Part shown: one piece after another, positions 8,370 through 17,727 of the stretch
Layout of the letters: each line of letters starts with the position of its first letter
Numbering within the stretch: position 1 is the first letter of the stretch
Virus record (IMG/VR): IMGVR_UViG_3300037634_001516
Location: 1-61,717 of that record
Direction: 5' to 3' (one strand)
DNA length: 61,717 nt
From: a virus
Lineage: Duplodnaviria > Caudoviricetes
Notes under the pieces: generated by a model
Seen by the model: the letters and a program-made list of their open reading frames with translations, nothing else
Told to the model about the DNA's origin: nothing
The model's database searches: none
Position numbers and translations under genes: made by a program

Positions 8370-10097
8370 ATGGGGATTTCTGTAGGTAATTTTCCTTGTG
8401 ACGAATGCGGGAGCAGGGACAACAATGGGGTTTACAAAGCTGAAGACGGCACTTACAACAGCCATTGCTTTGGTTGTGACCACAATAACCGATTTTGTGA
8501 CTCTGAGGGTCATGCTATCGATTCCCCAAAAACTAATTCTAACACTTATCAGGAGACGAATATGGATGACCGTTTAAGTTTTGAAGATGTCTGTGAGCTT
8601 CCTGTCATAGGTGATAAAAATCGTAGGATTTATAAGTCCATTGGGCAACTGTACGGGCTTAGAGGCGCTAAGGTCAATTCAGACGACTGGACACATCAGT
8701 ACTACCCATTTCACAAGGATGGTAAACTGGTGGGCTTTCAAGAACGAACAGTCGCTACCAAGGAGTTTAAGTCCATTGGCTACGGCAAGCAAGACATTGA
8801 TCTTCAAGGTATGGAGATCTGGCCTAATGGCGGTAGCCGTTACTTGGTCATCACTGAGGGATTCTTAGACGCTTTAGCAGCACAACAAATGTTAACAGGC
8901 AAGGTTGCAGATCGTGACAAGCGTTTTGTTATCGTATCTCTCCCTAATGGCTCTAACGCAAACCACATACTTAAGAATCTGAAGACCCGAGAGTGGGTTG
9001 AGAGCTTCGAGAAAGTAGTGTTAATGTTAGACCAAGACAAGGCTGGGATGGATTGCGCAAAGAAGATAGCTGTAGGTCTGCGACCAGGATTAGTCCACAT
9101 AGCCGAGTTCTCTGAGAAAGATCCCTGCGATATGTTAGGTTCTGATAAAGATACAGAGTTCAAGCGTTCTTTCTGGGATGCCAAGAAGTATTCCCCTGCT
9201 GATATCGTGACCGCTGCTAGTGTGCGTGATATCCTGTCAGAAGAGAATATGGTTGAATCTCTACCTTATCCGGATTTTGCTGCTGAGTTGAACATGGGTT
9301 GGTTCGGTAAGCGCAAAGGTGAGATCTCTCTGTTTGCTGCTGGCACTGGTCTGGGCAAATCTTCTTTCTTCAAGGAGGATATGTTCCATATCATGACTAC
9401 AACTGAAGAAAAGATAGGCATTGTTTCTTTAGAGGAATCTACTCGAGACATACTAATGGGCATGCAAAGTTTGTACCTCAATAAGCGAGTCAACTTACCT
9501 AACGTAGAGCTAACCAAGGAAGAAGAAGAGAAATCTCTAAAGTGGATAGAAGAATCGTGTGGAGACCGTTTTGTCATGCTTGACCACCAAGGCTCAAGTG
9601 TTGGCGAAGACTTGATGCAGAAGATACGTTACCTTATCGATATAGGTTGCGGATATATCTACATTGACCACATTACTCTTGCTACTGCAGGTAGTGAAAA
9701 TACAAACAAGGCAATCGATGACTTCATGGACGCTCTTTTGAGTCTGTGTAAGAAAAAGAATGCACCTTGGTTCGGAGTAGTGTCACACCTACGTAAAACT
9801 TCTGAAGGCAAGTCTTTCGAAGAAGGTGCGGTACCTACAATGGATGATCTCAAGGGATCTGGGAGTATCAAGCAGATAGCATTCGACGTAATTATGTTTG
9901 CACGTAATATGAATGCTAAAACAGAAGCAGTGCGAAACCGTACAGACATTTGGGTGAAGAAGTCTCGTAGTACAGGTAAAACTGGGCCAGCTGGCAGCTA
10001 TACTTTTGACCCTACTACTGGTCGTCTCAATTATGTTGATCGTGAGAAGATCAATGTGGAAGATGACGACGAGCCTAATGAATTTCAAATGGCTTAA
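8370..10097 (+). CDS. DNA primase-helicase (T7 gp4-like)
   Basis: N-terminal Zn finger CDECG...CFGC; TOPRIM ITEGFLD and DQD; Walker A AGTGLGKS; IDHI; VSHLRK; DLKGSGSIKQ. Confidence 0.96.
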   Translation: MGISVGNFPCDECGSRDNNGVYKAEDGTYNSHCFGCDHNNRFCDSEGHAIDSPKTNSNTYQETNMDDRLSFEDVCELPVIGDKNRRIYKSIGQLYGLRGAKVNSDDWTHQYYPFHKDGKLVGFQERTVATKEFKSIGYGKQDIDLQGMEIWPNGGSRYLVITEGFLDALAAQQMLTGKVADRDKRFVIVSLPNGSNANHILKNLKTREWVESFEKVVLMLDQDKAGMDCAKKIAVGLRPGLVHIAEFSEKDPCDMLGSDKDTEFKRSFWDAKKYSPADIVTAASVRDILSEENMVESLPYPDFAAELNMGWFGKRKGEISLFAAGTGLGKSSFFKEDMFHIMTTTEEKIGIVSLEESTRDILMGMQSLYLNKRVNLPNVELTKEEEEKSLKWIEESCGDRFVMLDHQGSSVGEDLMQKIRYLIDIGCGYIYIDHITLATAGSENTNKAIDDFMDALLSLCKKKNAPWFGVVSHLRKTSEGKSFEEGAVPTMDDLKGSGSIKQIAFDVIMFARNMNAKTEAVRNRTDIWVKKSRSTGKTGPAGSYTFDPTTGRLNYVDREKINVEDDDEPNEFQMA

Positions 10098-10157
10098 TAA
10101 AATGCCGCCACCCCCTTTTTATTATCTAGTACAATACTTTACCAGAGGAGGCTCAAG

Positions 10158-10397
10158 ATGTGTAAAACAATACTACGACATCCGTTAGTTAAGGAAGTCA
10201 ATCTTGCGGCCCCTTTGGGTATCTGCGAATGTTATAAGTATGAGGTTGGCTTCATCGATGGTTATCGAATAAGTGGGTGGGATACCCACTGGAAGAATGT
10301 CAAAGGCATCAAGGATTTTAACGAATTAAAGATGTTTATAGAGAGATGCCCCGAAGACTGCCATTGCGGTCACGGAGAAAAGGGACTCTTTTACTAA
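10158..10397 (+). CDS. Hypothetical protein
   Basis: GGAGG RBS; Cys-rich 79 aa. Confidence 0.6.
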   Translation: MCKTILRHPLVKEVNLAAPLGICECYKYEVGFIDGYRISGWDTHWKNVKGIKDFNELKMFIERCPEDCHCGHGEKGLFY

Positions 10398-10400
10398 GAT

Positions 10401-10424
10401 TCAAAACACTGTATTATGATACAA
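10401..10424 (+). promoter_or_regulatory. Putative phage RNAP promoter, copy 4
   Basis: TCAAAACACTGTATTATGATACAA upstream of clpX. Confidence 0.8.
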
Positions 10425-10452
10425 TAGGAATTACAATTAAGGAGAATACACT

Positions 10453-11844
10453 ATGACAACGAATCATTTCTGCTACACATGTGGAGAAAATACTAACGCT
10501 CCTCACATTTTCAGGTTATACGAATTAAAAGGCACTTGTGTTTGTGAAGTTTGTATCTCAGACGTTATTGGTGCACAATCTCCAGGACTTACTATGGAGT
10601 TTCTAACGAAAGGAAAGGTTGTGTTTGAAGACAAAGAAAAGGAAAGGAAATACATAGAAGCTCAAGATCAGCTATTCTTTAGTATATTCGGCGACATGCC
10701 TACAGAAGATAGAGATGTTGCTAGCTTATTAGATGCTTACCAAACAGGTGTAGGCTTACAAGTTAAGAAGAAAAAAGAGGAGATGTCCATGGAAAAGACA
10801 GCCAGTGCCGCCAAGGTTACAGAAGCTAGTATTCCTACTCCTAGGGAGATTAAGGAGTACCTTGACCAGTCTGTGATCGGTCAAGAACAGCCTAAGAAAG
10901 TTCTGTCTGTTGCTGCGTACAACCACTACAAGCGGTTGATGTTTGCCAACACTCGCAAGGAAGCGATCAAAAAGTCTAATGTGTTAATGCTTGGCCCTAC
11001 AGGGACAGGTAAGACATTCATGTGTGAGCTTATTTCTAAGATGTTAGACGTTCCGTTCGTAGTAGTGGACGCTAACTCTTTGACACAAGCTGGTTACGTA
11101 GGTGGTGATGTCGAAGACATGCTAGAGCGACTATACTTGAAAGCTAACAACCAGATTGCCAAAGCTCAGAAAGGTATCATCCTTATCGACGAGATTGACA
11201 AGATTGCTTGTCGCGATACAGGGGGTAAGCGTGATGTTGGAGGACGAGGAGTTCAAGAGCAATTGTTGAAGATCATTGAGGGTGGAGAATTTAAAGTCGA
11301 CATCGGTAGTGGCCCAAGCAAGAGTTCCATTAACTTTGATACGTCTAACGTACTGTTTATCGTAGCTGGTGCTTTCGCAGGCATAGACCGCATGGTAGCC
11401 TCTAAGACTGTTAATATGTCTCGAGATTTCCTTGGCGGCAAGTCTGAAGACATTCCTATGTCTCCAAAAGAAGCTTATGCTAAAGTTTCTACTGCAGATT
11501 TGTCACAGTTTGGCATCATCCCTGAATTGCTGGGTCGCTTACCTGTACGTACAGTCTTGCACCCTTTGGATGAAGAGGATTTGGTAAAGATCATTACTAG
11601 TACTAAGAATAGTCTTGTAGACCAGTACACTGACGTCCTTGCATTTGACAATGTACAATTGAAGATCACGAAAGGTGCATTGACCGAGATTGCTCGACGA
11701 GCTATCTTGAATCAAACAGGTGCACGTGGACTTCAGACTGTATTTGAGCAAGTGCTTCTTGACAAGATGTTCGAGTGTCCTGATAACGAAGAGATGGAGA
11801 AGTTTACCATCGACAAGAAGATGATCGAGAACATCAACAAATAA
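10453..11844 (+). CDS. clpX: ATP-dependent Clp protease ATPase subunit ClpX
   Basis: N-terminal C4 Zn motif; VIGQ; KSNVLMLGPTGTGKT; GYVG pore loop; DEIDKI; RDV..GVQ; PELLGRLPV; TGARGL. Confidence 0.95.
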   Translation: MTTNHFCYTCGENTNAPHIFRLYELKGTCVCEVCISDVIGAQSPGLTMEFLTKGKVVFEDKEKERKYIEAQDQLFFSIFGDMPTEDRDVASLLDAYQTGVGLQVKKKKEEMSMEKTASAAKVTEASIPTPREIKEYLDQSVIGQEQPKKVLSVAAYNHYKRLMFANTRKEAIKKSNVLMLGPTGTGKTFMCELISKMLDVPFVVVDANSLTQAGYVGGDVEDMLERLYLKANNQIAKAQKGIILIDEIDKIACRDTGGKRDVGGRGVQEQLLKIIEGGEFKVDIGSGPSKSSINFDTSNVLFIVAGAFAGIDRMVASKTVNMSRDFLGGKSEDIPMSPKEAYAKVSTADLSQFGIIPELLGRLPVRTVLHPLDEEDLVKIITSTKNSLVDQYTDVLAFDNVQLKITKGALTEIARRAILNQTGARGLQTVFEQVLLDKMFECPDNEEMEKFTIDKKMIENINK

Positions 11845-11856
11845 AGGAGGTTACTT

Positions 11857-12408
11857 ATGAGTGAACAACAATTTGAGAGGGTCAATCCTCTTTGGGATTC
11901 AGGTAACTTTGTATTCATGACAGGTGTTACAGACGAATCTTGCTTACAAGCCATGAACTTCATTGCGTATCACAACATGAAGCAAACTCCTCTTGAGAAC
12001 TTGACTATCGTTATCAATAGTCCTGGAGGTTCTTTGACTGCGTGTTTCGCTTTGATCGACACAATGCGTACTAGCCGTATCCCAGTAAATACTCTGGTAT
12101 TAGGACAAGTATGTAGCTGTGGCTTCATCATCACTATGGCTGGTGCTAAGCGTGTTATGTCTGAGAATGCTACAGCAATGTCCCACACTTATAGCTGGGG
12201 CGCAGCAGGTAAACACGGTGATCTCGTGAACGTGCGTAAAGCTCAAGACATGACAGATAATCTTATCCGTCGTCACTACAAAAAGTGTACCAAGAAAACT
12301 GATGCTTACATCAAGAAGCATTTGTTGCCTGACCTTGGTGACGTTTGGCTGACTCCGGAAGAGTGTCTGAAGCACAATGTTATCGATGAAATAAAAGTTA
12401 TACCCTAG
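11857..12408 (+). CDS. clpP: ClpP-family protease subunit
   Basis: INSPGG; catalytic Ser in GQVCSCG; His in MSHT; WLTPEEC...VID; adjacent to clpX. Confidence 0.88.
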   Translation: MSEQQFERVNPLWDSGNFVFMTGVTDESCLQAMNFIAYHNMKQTPLENLTIVINSPGGSLTACFALIDTMRTSRIPVNTLVLGQVCSCGFIITMAGAKRVMSENATAMSHTYSWGAAGKHGDLVNVRKAQDMTDNLIRRHYKKCTKKTDAYIKKHLLPDLGDVWLTPEECLKHNVIDEIKVIP

Positions 12409-12656
12409 CAGAAGATAAGAAGTTTCCCTTCATAGGCTTTCCTCAAGAGAGCCTATCTGGGGTATTGCTTCAATATCCGAAACTAAAACTCGACGACTAC
12501 GACGGAGGTAGCCTATGGCTATCGAAAGGTGTGTAATAAGGGGGTGATCTTTAGTCTACTATAGAGTGGCTACTGAGTCACCAATAGTTTAAATCTTGAG
12601 ACCTGAGCATGTCTATATAATCATATATGAAAACTGCTCACTCATTTGGAGGAATA

Positions 12657-12881
12657 ATGGAATTAATTTGGGAAGGCTTATTAGGAGAAGTTCTTTCTCT
12701 ACCAACAGGGATGTACCGATTGTACTGTACTGATATATCAGAAACTAGAGAAAATGCGATGATTGAACTCGCAGACGGTAGAGGAAAAATCCAAAGCCGT
12801 ATAGGAAGCAACTGTGAAGGTGCTTTAATTATAGATTTCGAAGAAAGTCATTTAGACTTCTTCACAAAAATGGTGAAATAA
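12657..12881 (+). CDS. Hypothetical protein
   Basis: Start reassigned to 12657 after GGAGGA. Confidence 0.65.
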   Translation: MELIWEGLLGEVLSLPTGMYRLYCTDISETRENAMIELADGRGKIQSRIGSNCEGALIIDFEESHLDFFTKMVK

Positions 12882-13184
12882 ATGCCTAAGAAAATGACAG
12901 ATCGTCAGAAGCAAGACGCCCACAACGCACGCAAAGTAGCTCGACGAGCAGCTGAGAAGCGTGGAGCAGTCGCTAAAGGCGACAAGAAAGACGTAGACCA
13001 TAAGAAACCCCTGAGCAAAGGTGGTTCTGCTAAATTGTCTAACACACGAGTAACTACTGCATCTAAGAATCGCTCAGACGGTGGAAAGATCGGTGGCAAA
13101 ATGGTCAAGGGGCCAGCAAAGAAAGCTGCAGGCGCTAAAGGGGGTAAAGCTTCTAGTCGCAAAGGTATCCCTAACAAGAAATAG
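12882..13184 (+). CDS. Small basic HNH-motif protein
   Basis: DVDHKKPLSKGGS...N.R...N. Confidence 0.75.
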   Translation: MPKKMTDRQKQDAHNARKVARRAAEKRGAVAKGDKKDVDHKKPLSKGGSAKLSNTRVTTASKNRSDGGKIGGKMVKGPAKKAAGAKGGKASSRKGIPNKK

Positions 13185-13204
13185 TTTATAGCAGGAGGTG
13201 TCCT

Positions 13205-13783
13205 ATGAAAATAGATATGAAAGGTTGGTTGATGTGGGACTTAGAGTGTTCCATGCACTCCGCTGACAAGGTGGAGGGGATGTTTTACAAGCGAGCTAAG
13301 GAGTTGCTGTGCATAGCCACGCACGACCTTGGTACAGGCGCTACCGCACTCTACTCAGGAGATACCTTAGAAGATGGCGTTGCTGCTATCTTAGAAGCTC
13401 CTCGATTAGTCGGTCACAATATCCGTTCTTTTGATATCCCTGCTCTGGGACATCTGCGCCCTAATATAAATAAACAGCTGCGAGCTATCCCTTTATCGGA
13501 TACTCGTTGGATGGCACTAAATTCAGACAGGTCTCCCGATGGTTTGTACACTTACGCACAGCTTGACACTTTAGATAAAAAGCTTGGTTTGAGTACAGAA
13601 TATCCCAACTCTCTGTCAGCTTGGGGAAACCGTTTCAAGTTTCCTAAGATGACCGACTTTGTGGATACGGATTGGGAAACTCAGAAGTATACCCCTTTGT
13701 TGGGCAAGTACTGTGAGACTGACGTAGCAGTGAATGTTAAACTGTTCGAACACATATGTAACAAGAAAGGTATTGAATACTAG
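13205..13783 (+). CDS. Stand-alone DEDDy 3'-5' exonuclease (PolA exo-like)
   Basis: ExoI WDLE; ExoII GHNIRSFD; SLSAWG; ExoIII YCETDV. Confidence 0.82.
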   Translation: MKIDMKGWLMWDLECSMHSADKVEGMFYKRAKELLCIATHDLGTGATALYSGDTLEDGVAAILEAPRLVGHNIRSFDIPALGHLRPNINKQLRAIPLSDTRWMALNSDRSPDGLYTYAQLDTLDKKLGLSTEYPNSLSAWGNRFKFPKMTDFVDTDWETQKYTPLLGKYCETDVAVNVKLFEHICNKKGIEY

Positions 13784-14043
13784 CCTACACTATTCCTTAA
13801 GTGTGGACGCTGGCCGCATAGAGCTTTAACCTGAGTGTAGGCTATTCATAGTAACAGGGGAGAGCACCAGCACTAATTTTTGAGAGGAGTAACACCAAGT
13901 CATGCGCAAGACAGATGACAAAATGAAAAGAGTCAGGCCAAGAAAAAGGTTTGACGACGAGTTTGACAGTGATGTAGATCGTAATAAGACTCGCAATAAG
14001 CGAAAAACTAGAGAACGTAAACGAGAAGTTTCAAGGATTTAAT

Positions 14044-14463
14044 ATGGCAGGCAGACGCTTTAACGGGCACTGGAAGAAAACAGTACGAAAATCAGATAGC
14101 AAATGGGAAGAGAAGTTGCGTGTAGGGTGCTTAAAAGATACAGAACACCACCCTGACACTATTCCTTATGTTATTGAGAGAAAGTATCACCCAGACTTTA
14201 AGACACAGATAGGTGACACTACAATACTCATCGAAGCTAAGGGTTTCTTTGCCGAGACAAATGAAGCTACAAAATACAAACATGTGAGAGATCACTTACC
14301 TGAAGGACATGAGCTGATCTTTTTATTCATGCGTCCTACTACTCCTATGCCTCGGGCAAAAGTGAAGAAAGACGGGACTAAGACTACAATGGCTGATTGG
14401 GCTGATCGAAACAATTTTCGCTGGTTCAGTGAAGATACTATTAATGAACTCTGGGAATCCTAA
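14044..14463 (+). CDS. Endonuclease I / Holliday junction resolvase (T7 gp3-like)
   Basis: SKWE; YHPDF; IEAKG; T..DWA...F.W. Confidence 0.85.
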   Translation: MAGRRFNGHWKKTVRKSDSKWEEKLRVGCLKDTEHHPDTIPYVIERKYHPDFKTQIGDTTILIEAKGFFAETNEATKYKHVRDHLPEGHELIFLFMRPTTPMPRAKVKKDGTKTTMADWADRNNFRWFSEDTINELWES

Positions 14464-14466
14464 ATA

Positions 14467-14721
14467 ATGAAGTTCGACAAACAAGCAATGATAACAGCCT
14501 TCCTTCAGGAAATGGAAGAGTTAAACGCAGAAAAAGCTCCACCTTCTCGTGCTGAGATTGAGCTGCAGTTCTCTAAGCTTCTGCAAGTGAATGTAAAGAG
14601 AGGCCACTATGAGCAACAGTACTGTGACGAGTTATCTAACACAATGCTCACTTTATCTGACGAAGAGATATTTGCTATGTATGAAGTCATGATAGAAAGA
14701 TTCCCATTTTTGGAGGTATAA
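14467..14721 (+). CDS. Hypothetical protein
   Basis: Tightly packed 84-aa ORF. Confidence 0.65.
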   Translation: MKFDKQAMITAFLQEMEELNAEKAPPSRAEIELQFSKLLQVNVKRGHYEQQYCDELSNTMLTLSDEEIFAMYEVMIERFPFLEV

Positions 14722-14722
14722 C

Positions 14723-14986
14723 ATGATTATGGATAGATTCGGTGGATTTTTTGGTCTACTAACTCTAATTTTTATAACACTTAAGCTAACTGCGGTTTTG
14801 AGCTGGTCTTGGTGGTGGGTTCTTGCCCCTATCTGGATCCCTTTGCTCCTCACTTCAATAGGAGTGGTAGTGGCTACAGCTGTAGTTACTCGAAAGAACA
14901 AGCAATACGAGAAAGATCAAGAGATCATGAAAGATCAAAAGGAACAGAACATTCTGCAAGGTTTTGAAGACGATATGCGCCACTAG
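14723..14986 (+). CDS. Small membrane protein
   Basis: LTLIFITLKLT..LSWSWWWVLAPIW, a common phage transmembrane motif. Confidence 0.75.
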   Translation: MIMDRFGGFFGLLTLIFITLKLTAVLSWSWWWVLAPIWIPLLLTSIGVVVATAVVTRKNKQYEKDQEIMKDQKEQNILQGFEDDMRH

Positions 14987-14989
14987 ATG

Positions 14990-15013
14990 TCAAAACCCTG
15001 TATTATGATATAA
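14990..15013 (+). promoter_or_regulatory. Putative phage RNAP promoter, copy 5
   Basis: TCAAAACCCTGTATTATGATATAA upstream of DNA polymerase. Confidence 0.8.
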
Positions 15014-15039
15014 CTTAACCACAATTCACGGAGGTCATT

Positions 15040-17160
15040 ATGAGAAGAATTGTATGCGATATAGAGACTAACGGTTTGCTCGATGAGCTGAATCGTATCT
15101 GGATAGCCGTGACGCACGATCTCGACACAGATGAGGTTAAGATATTCTCCGAACATACAGATGAAGCTACTGGCGATATCGATGATTTCGTAGAGTACCT
15201 TGCTGGAAGCGATACTGTCATCGGTCACAACTTCATTGGTTTTGACATACCTGCTATCCGAAAGGTTACTGGTTTCCATTTCCAAGGTGAGATCGTTGAC
15301 ACTTTGGTGTTGTCCAAGCTGTTACACTTTACACGCTACCGTCCTAAAGGGTACTTATCTGGACATTCTTTAGGAGCTTGGGGCGCTAAGATGGGCATAA
15401 AGAAACCTGACCAAGAGCAGTGGACACGTTGGGAAGATAACATGGTCACTCGTTGCGTGGAAGATGTTCGCATAAACGTAGAAGTGTACCACAAGCTGAT
15501 GCTTGAACGAGACCAACAAGCTGGCATTGATCAGGCTATAAAAGTTGAACACGAGACTTCTAAGATTTGTGCTGAAATGACGTACAACGGCTGGTTGGTC
15601 GATATGGAAAAGCTAGAAGACAACATAAGCTACCTAGACGAAGAGATAGAGAGATTGCGCATATCTGTGGAGCCACTCATCCCTAAGGTTTGTGTCCCCA
15701 AGGATCCTAAGTGTACTTGGGAGCAAGCTAACAAGCTTTTGAATGGGGTTTGGAAGAAAGTTCCTGCAACTAAAACTAATGCTGCAGGCTTACCGATCAA
15801 ACCAACTCGAGAGCCTCGTCACCCTAAAGTTCTGAAGTCAGGCAAGTACGACAAGTGGACAGCCCTGTGGTTTGGGATTTCCCAGACAGATGCTATGCAT
15901 TCTAAAACAATTGCTGGCCCCCATAGTCGTATTAGCTTCGAACCTGTTAGGTTGTCGCAGCATGCGCTTATCAAGTCTTTCTTGTTTACACAAGGTTGGG
16001 TTCCTACCCTATGGAACCACAAGAAGTGTCCAGACACTGGCAAGGTTCTTCGGGATGACAATAATCAACCTGTTAAGTCTAGCCCAAAGCTGACTGAAGA
16101 TAGCTATGCGAGCATTAAAGGTGAGATTGGTAAGAATATCGGTCGTCACGCTACGCTAGTTCATCGTCGTCAGACTCTTGCTAACCCTAAAGACCCAAGC
16201 AAAGGTTGGTTAAACAATCTTGGTGAAGACGGTCGCTTACGTTGTGACTTCGATACTCTCGGAGCTGCCACTGGGCGAATGGCCCACAAGAAGCTAACTA
16301 ATGTACCAGGAACACGTTCTGTGTTTGGCAAAGAAATGCGTCAGTGTTTTATTGCCCCCAAAGGTAGGTTGCTGATTGGAGCAGATGCCGCAGGTTGTCA
16401 GTTGCGACTATTAGCTGGTTTGATGGGAGATGAAAGCTACATCCGTACTGTTGTAGACGGTATAGAAGAAAGCGATAATCCTGATGCTAACTCGGAGGTA
16501 GACATCTATGTGGGAAGTGACGTTCATACTATCAATGGTTTGTCTACTGGTCTTATTGCCCAGAGCGACCATGAGTGGTTACTTAAAAATGATCATAGCA
16601 GTCCTGATTGGCACACTATCCGTGACCGTGTTACTGGTGCACGTGGTCGAGCCAAAAACTTTATCTACGGCCTATTATTCGGTGCTGGAGATGCTAAGAT
16701 CGGACTTCTAGTAGACGGAACTGCTAAGGATGGCAAGCGACTGAAGGACAACTTCTTTGCGAGCTGGCCTAAGCTGAAAAGCATGGTGGAAGCTCTTCTT
16801 GAAGAGTGGAGATCGAACAAAGAAAAGTCCAAAGAAGGGTGGATCACAGGTGTTGATGGTCGGCGCATATACGTAGAATCTGAACACAAATGTCTTAACT
16901 ATAAACTTCAAGGTGATGAAGCAATCTTCATGAAGTATACCCTAGTCAAGGCAGACCGTCTTATCAAGAAAAACCGAATCGACTCTAAGTGGTTACTAAT
17001 ATACCATGACGAGATCGAATCAGAGGCTTCCCCTAGGGATGAGAAGAAAGTGACTAAAGTATTCTCACACTGTTTCGCCAAAGTTGGTGAAGAGTTAGAG
17101 ATAGCTTGTCCTATGTCTTCAAGTCCTAAGACTGGCCTTAATTGGTACGACATACACTAA
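15040..17160 (+). CDS. Family A DNA polymerase (T7 gp5-like)
   Basis: DIETNG; GHNFIGFD; ATGRMAH; motif A GADAAGCQLR; motif B RAKNFIYGLLFG; motif C YHDE. Confidence 0.96.
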   Translation: MRRIVCDIETNGLLDELNRIWIAVTHDLDTDEVKIFSEHTDEATGDIDDFVEYLAGSDTVIGHNFIGFDIPAIRKVTGFHFQGEIVDTLVLSKLLHFTRYRPKGYLSGHSLGAWGAKMGIKKPDQEQWTRWEDNMVTRCVEDVRINVEVYHKLMLERDQQAGIDQAIKVEHETSKICAEMTYNGWLVDMEKLEDNISYLDEEIERLRISVEPLIPKVCVPKDPKCTWEQANKLLNGVWKKVPATKTNAAGLPIKPTREPRHPKVLKSGKYDKWTALWFGISQTDAMHSKTIAGPHSRISFEPVRLSQHALIKSFLFTQGWVPTLWNHKKCPDTGKVLRDDNNQPVKSSPKLTEDSYASIKGEIGKNIGRHATLVHRRQTLANPKDPSKGWLNNLGEDGRLRCDFDTLGAATGRMAHKKLTNVPGTRSVFGKEMRQCFIAPKGRLLIGADAAGCQLRLLAGLMGDESYIRTVVDGIEESDNPDANSEVDIYVGSDVHTINGLSTGLIAQSDHEWLLKNDHSSPDWHTIRDRVTGARGRAKNFIYGLLFGAGDAKIGLLVDGTAKDGKRLKDNFFASWPKLKSMVEALLEEWRSNKEKSKEGWITGVDGRRIYVESEHKCLNYKLQGDEAIFMKYTLVKADRLIKKNRIDSKWLLIYHDEIESEASPRDEKKVTKVFSHCFAKVGEELEIACPMSSSPKTGLNWYDIH

Positions 17161-17192
17161 TTTATATATATTTAACTGAAGGAGAATATACT

Positions 17193-17711
17193 ATGCCATT
17201 ACTAAAAAATGTTGAAGCCCATTGGGCAAAAGTTGGTACTCGTCCTGAGAAGAAGTACCGTAGCGACCAGACCCAATGGTCTATCAACGCAGTTTGTGAC
17301 CCTAAAGTTGCAAAGGCTTGGAAGAACAAAGGTTATGCACAGAAAGTCCGCACTATGGACATCAAGGGTGACGAAGTTCCATACATCTTACTTACCAAGC
17401 CGACTCACCGTCGTTCTGGTGAAGCCAACCAAGGCATCAAGGTGTTTGATAAGTTCGGCAACGAGTTGGATGCAGACACTATCGGTAACGGTAGTAAAGT
17501 GAATATCCAATACCGCACTTATGATTGGGAATTCCAAGGTGACAAGGGTACTAAAGCTGAGTTAGTGGCTATCCAAGTGGTTGAGCTAGTTGAGTATAAG
17601 TCTGGTGGCAATGTCAGCGAGTTCGACTTTGCTGAAGCACCTGCTACTGAAGACGCACCTTGGGTCGACGATTCAGATGATGACGATTTGGATTTAGACG
17701 ACTTCGAATAA
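17193..17711 (+). CDS. Single-stranded DNA-binding protein (gp2.5-like)
   Basis: IGNGSKV; AIQVVELVEY; acidic C-terminal tail ending DDFE. Confidence 0.88.
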   Translation: MPLLKNVEAHWAKVGTRPEKKYRSDQTQWSINAVCDPKVAKAWKNKGYAQKVRTMDIKGDEVPYILLTKPTHRRSGEANQGIKVFDKFGNELDADTIGNGSKVNIQYRTYDWEFQGDKGTKAELVAIQVVELVEYKSGGNVSEFDFAEAPATEDAPWVDDSDDDDLDLDDFE

Positions 17712-17727
17712 ATTAAGGAGGTATTGT

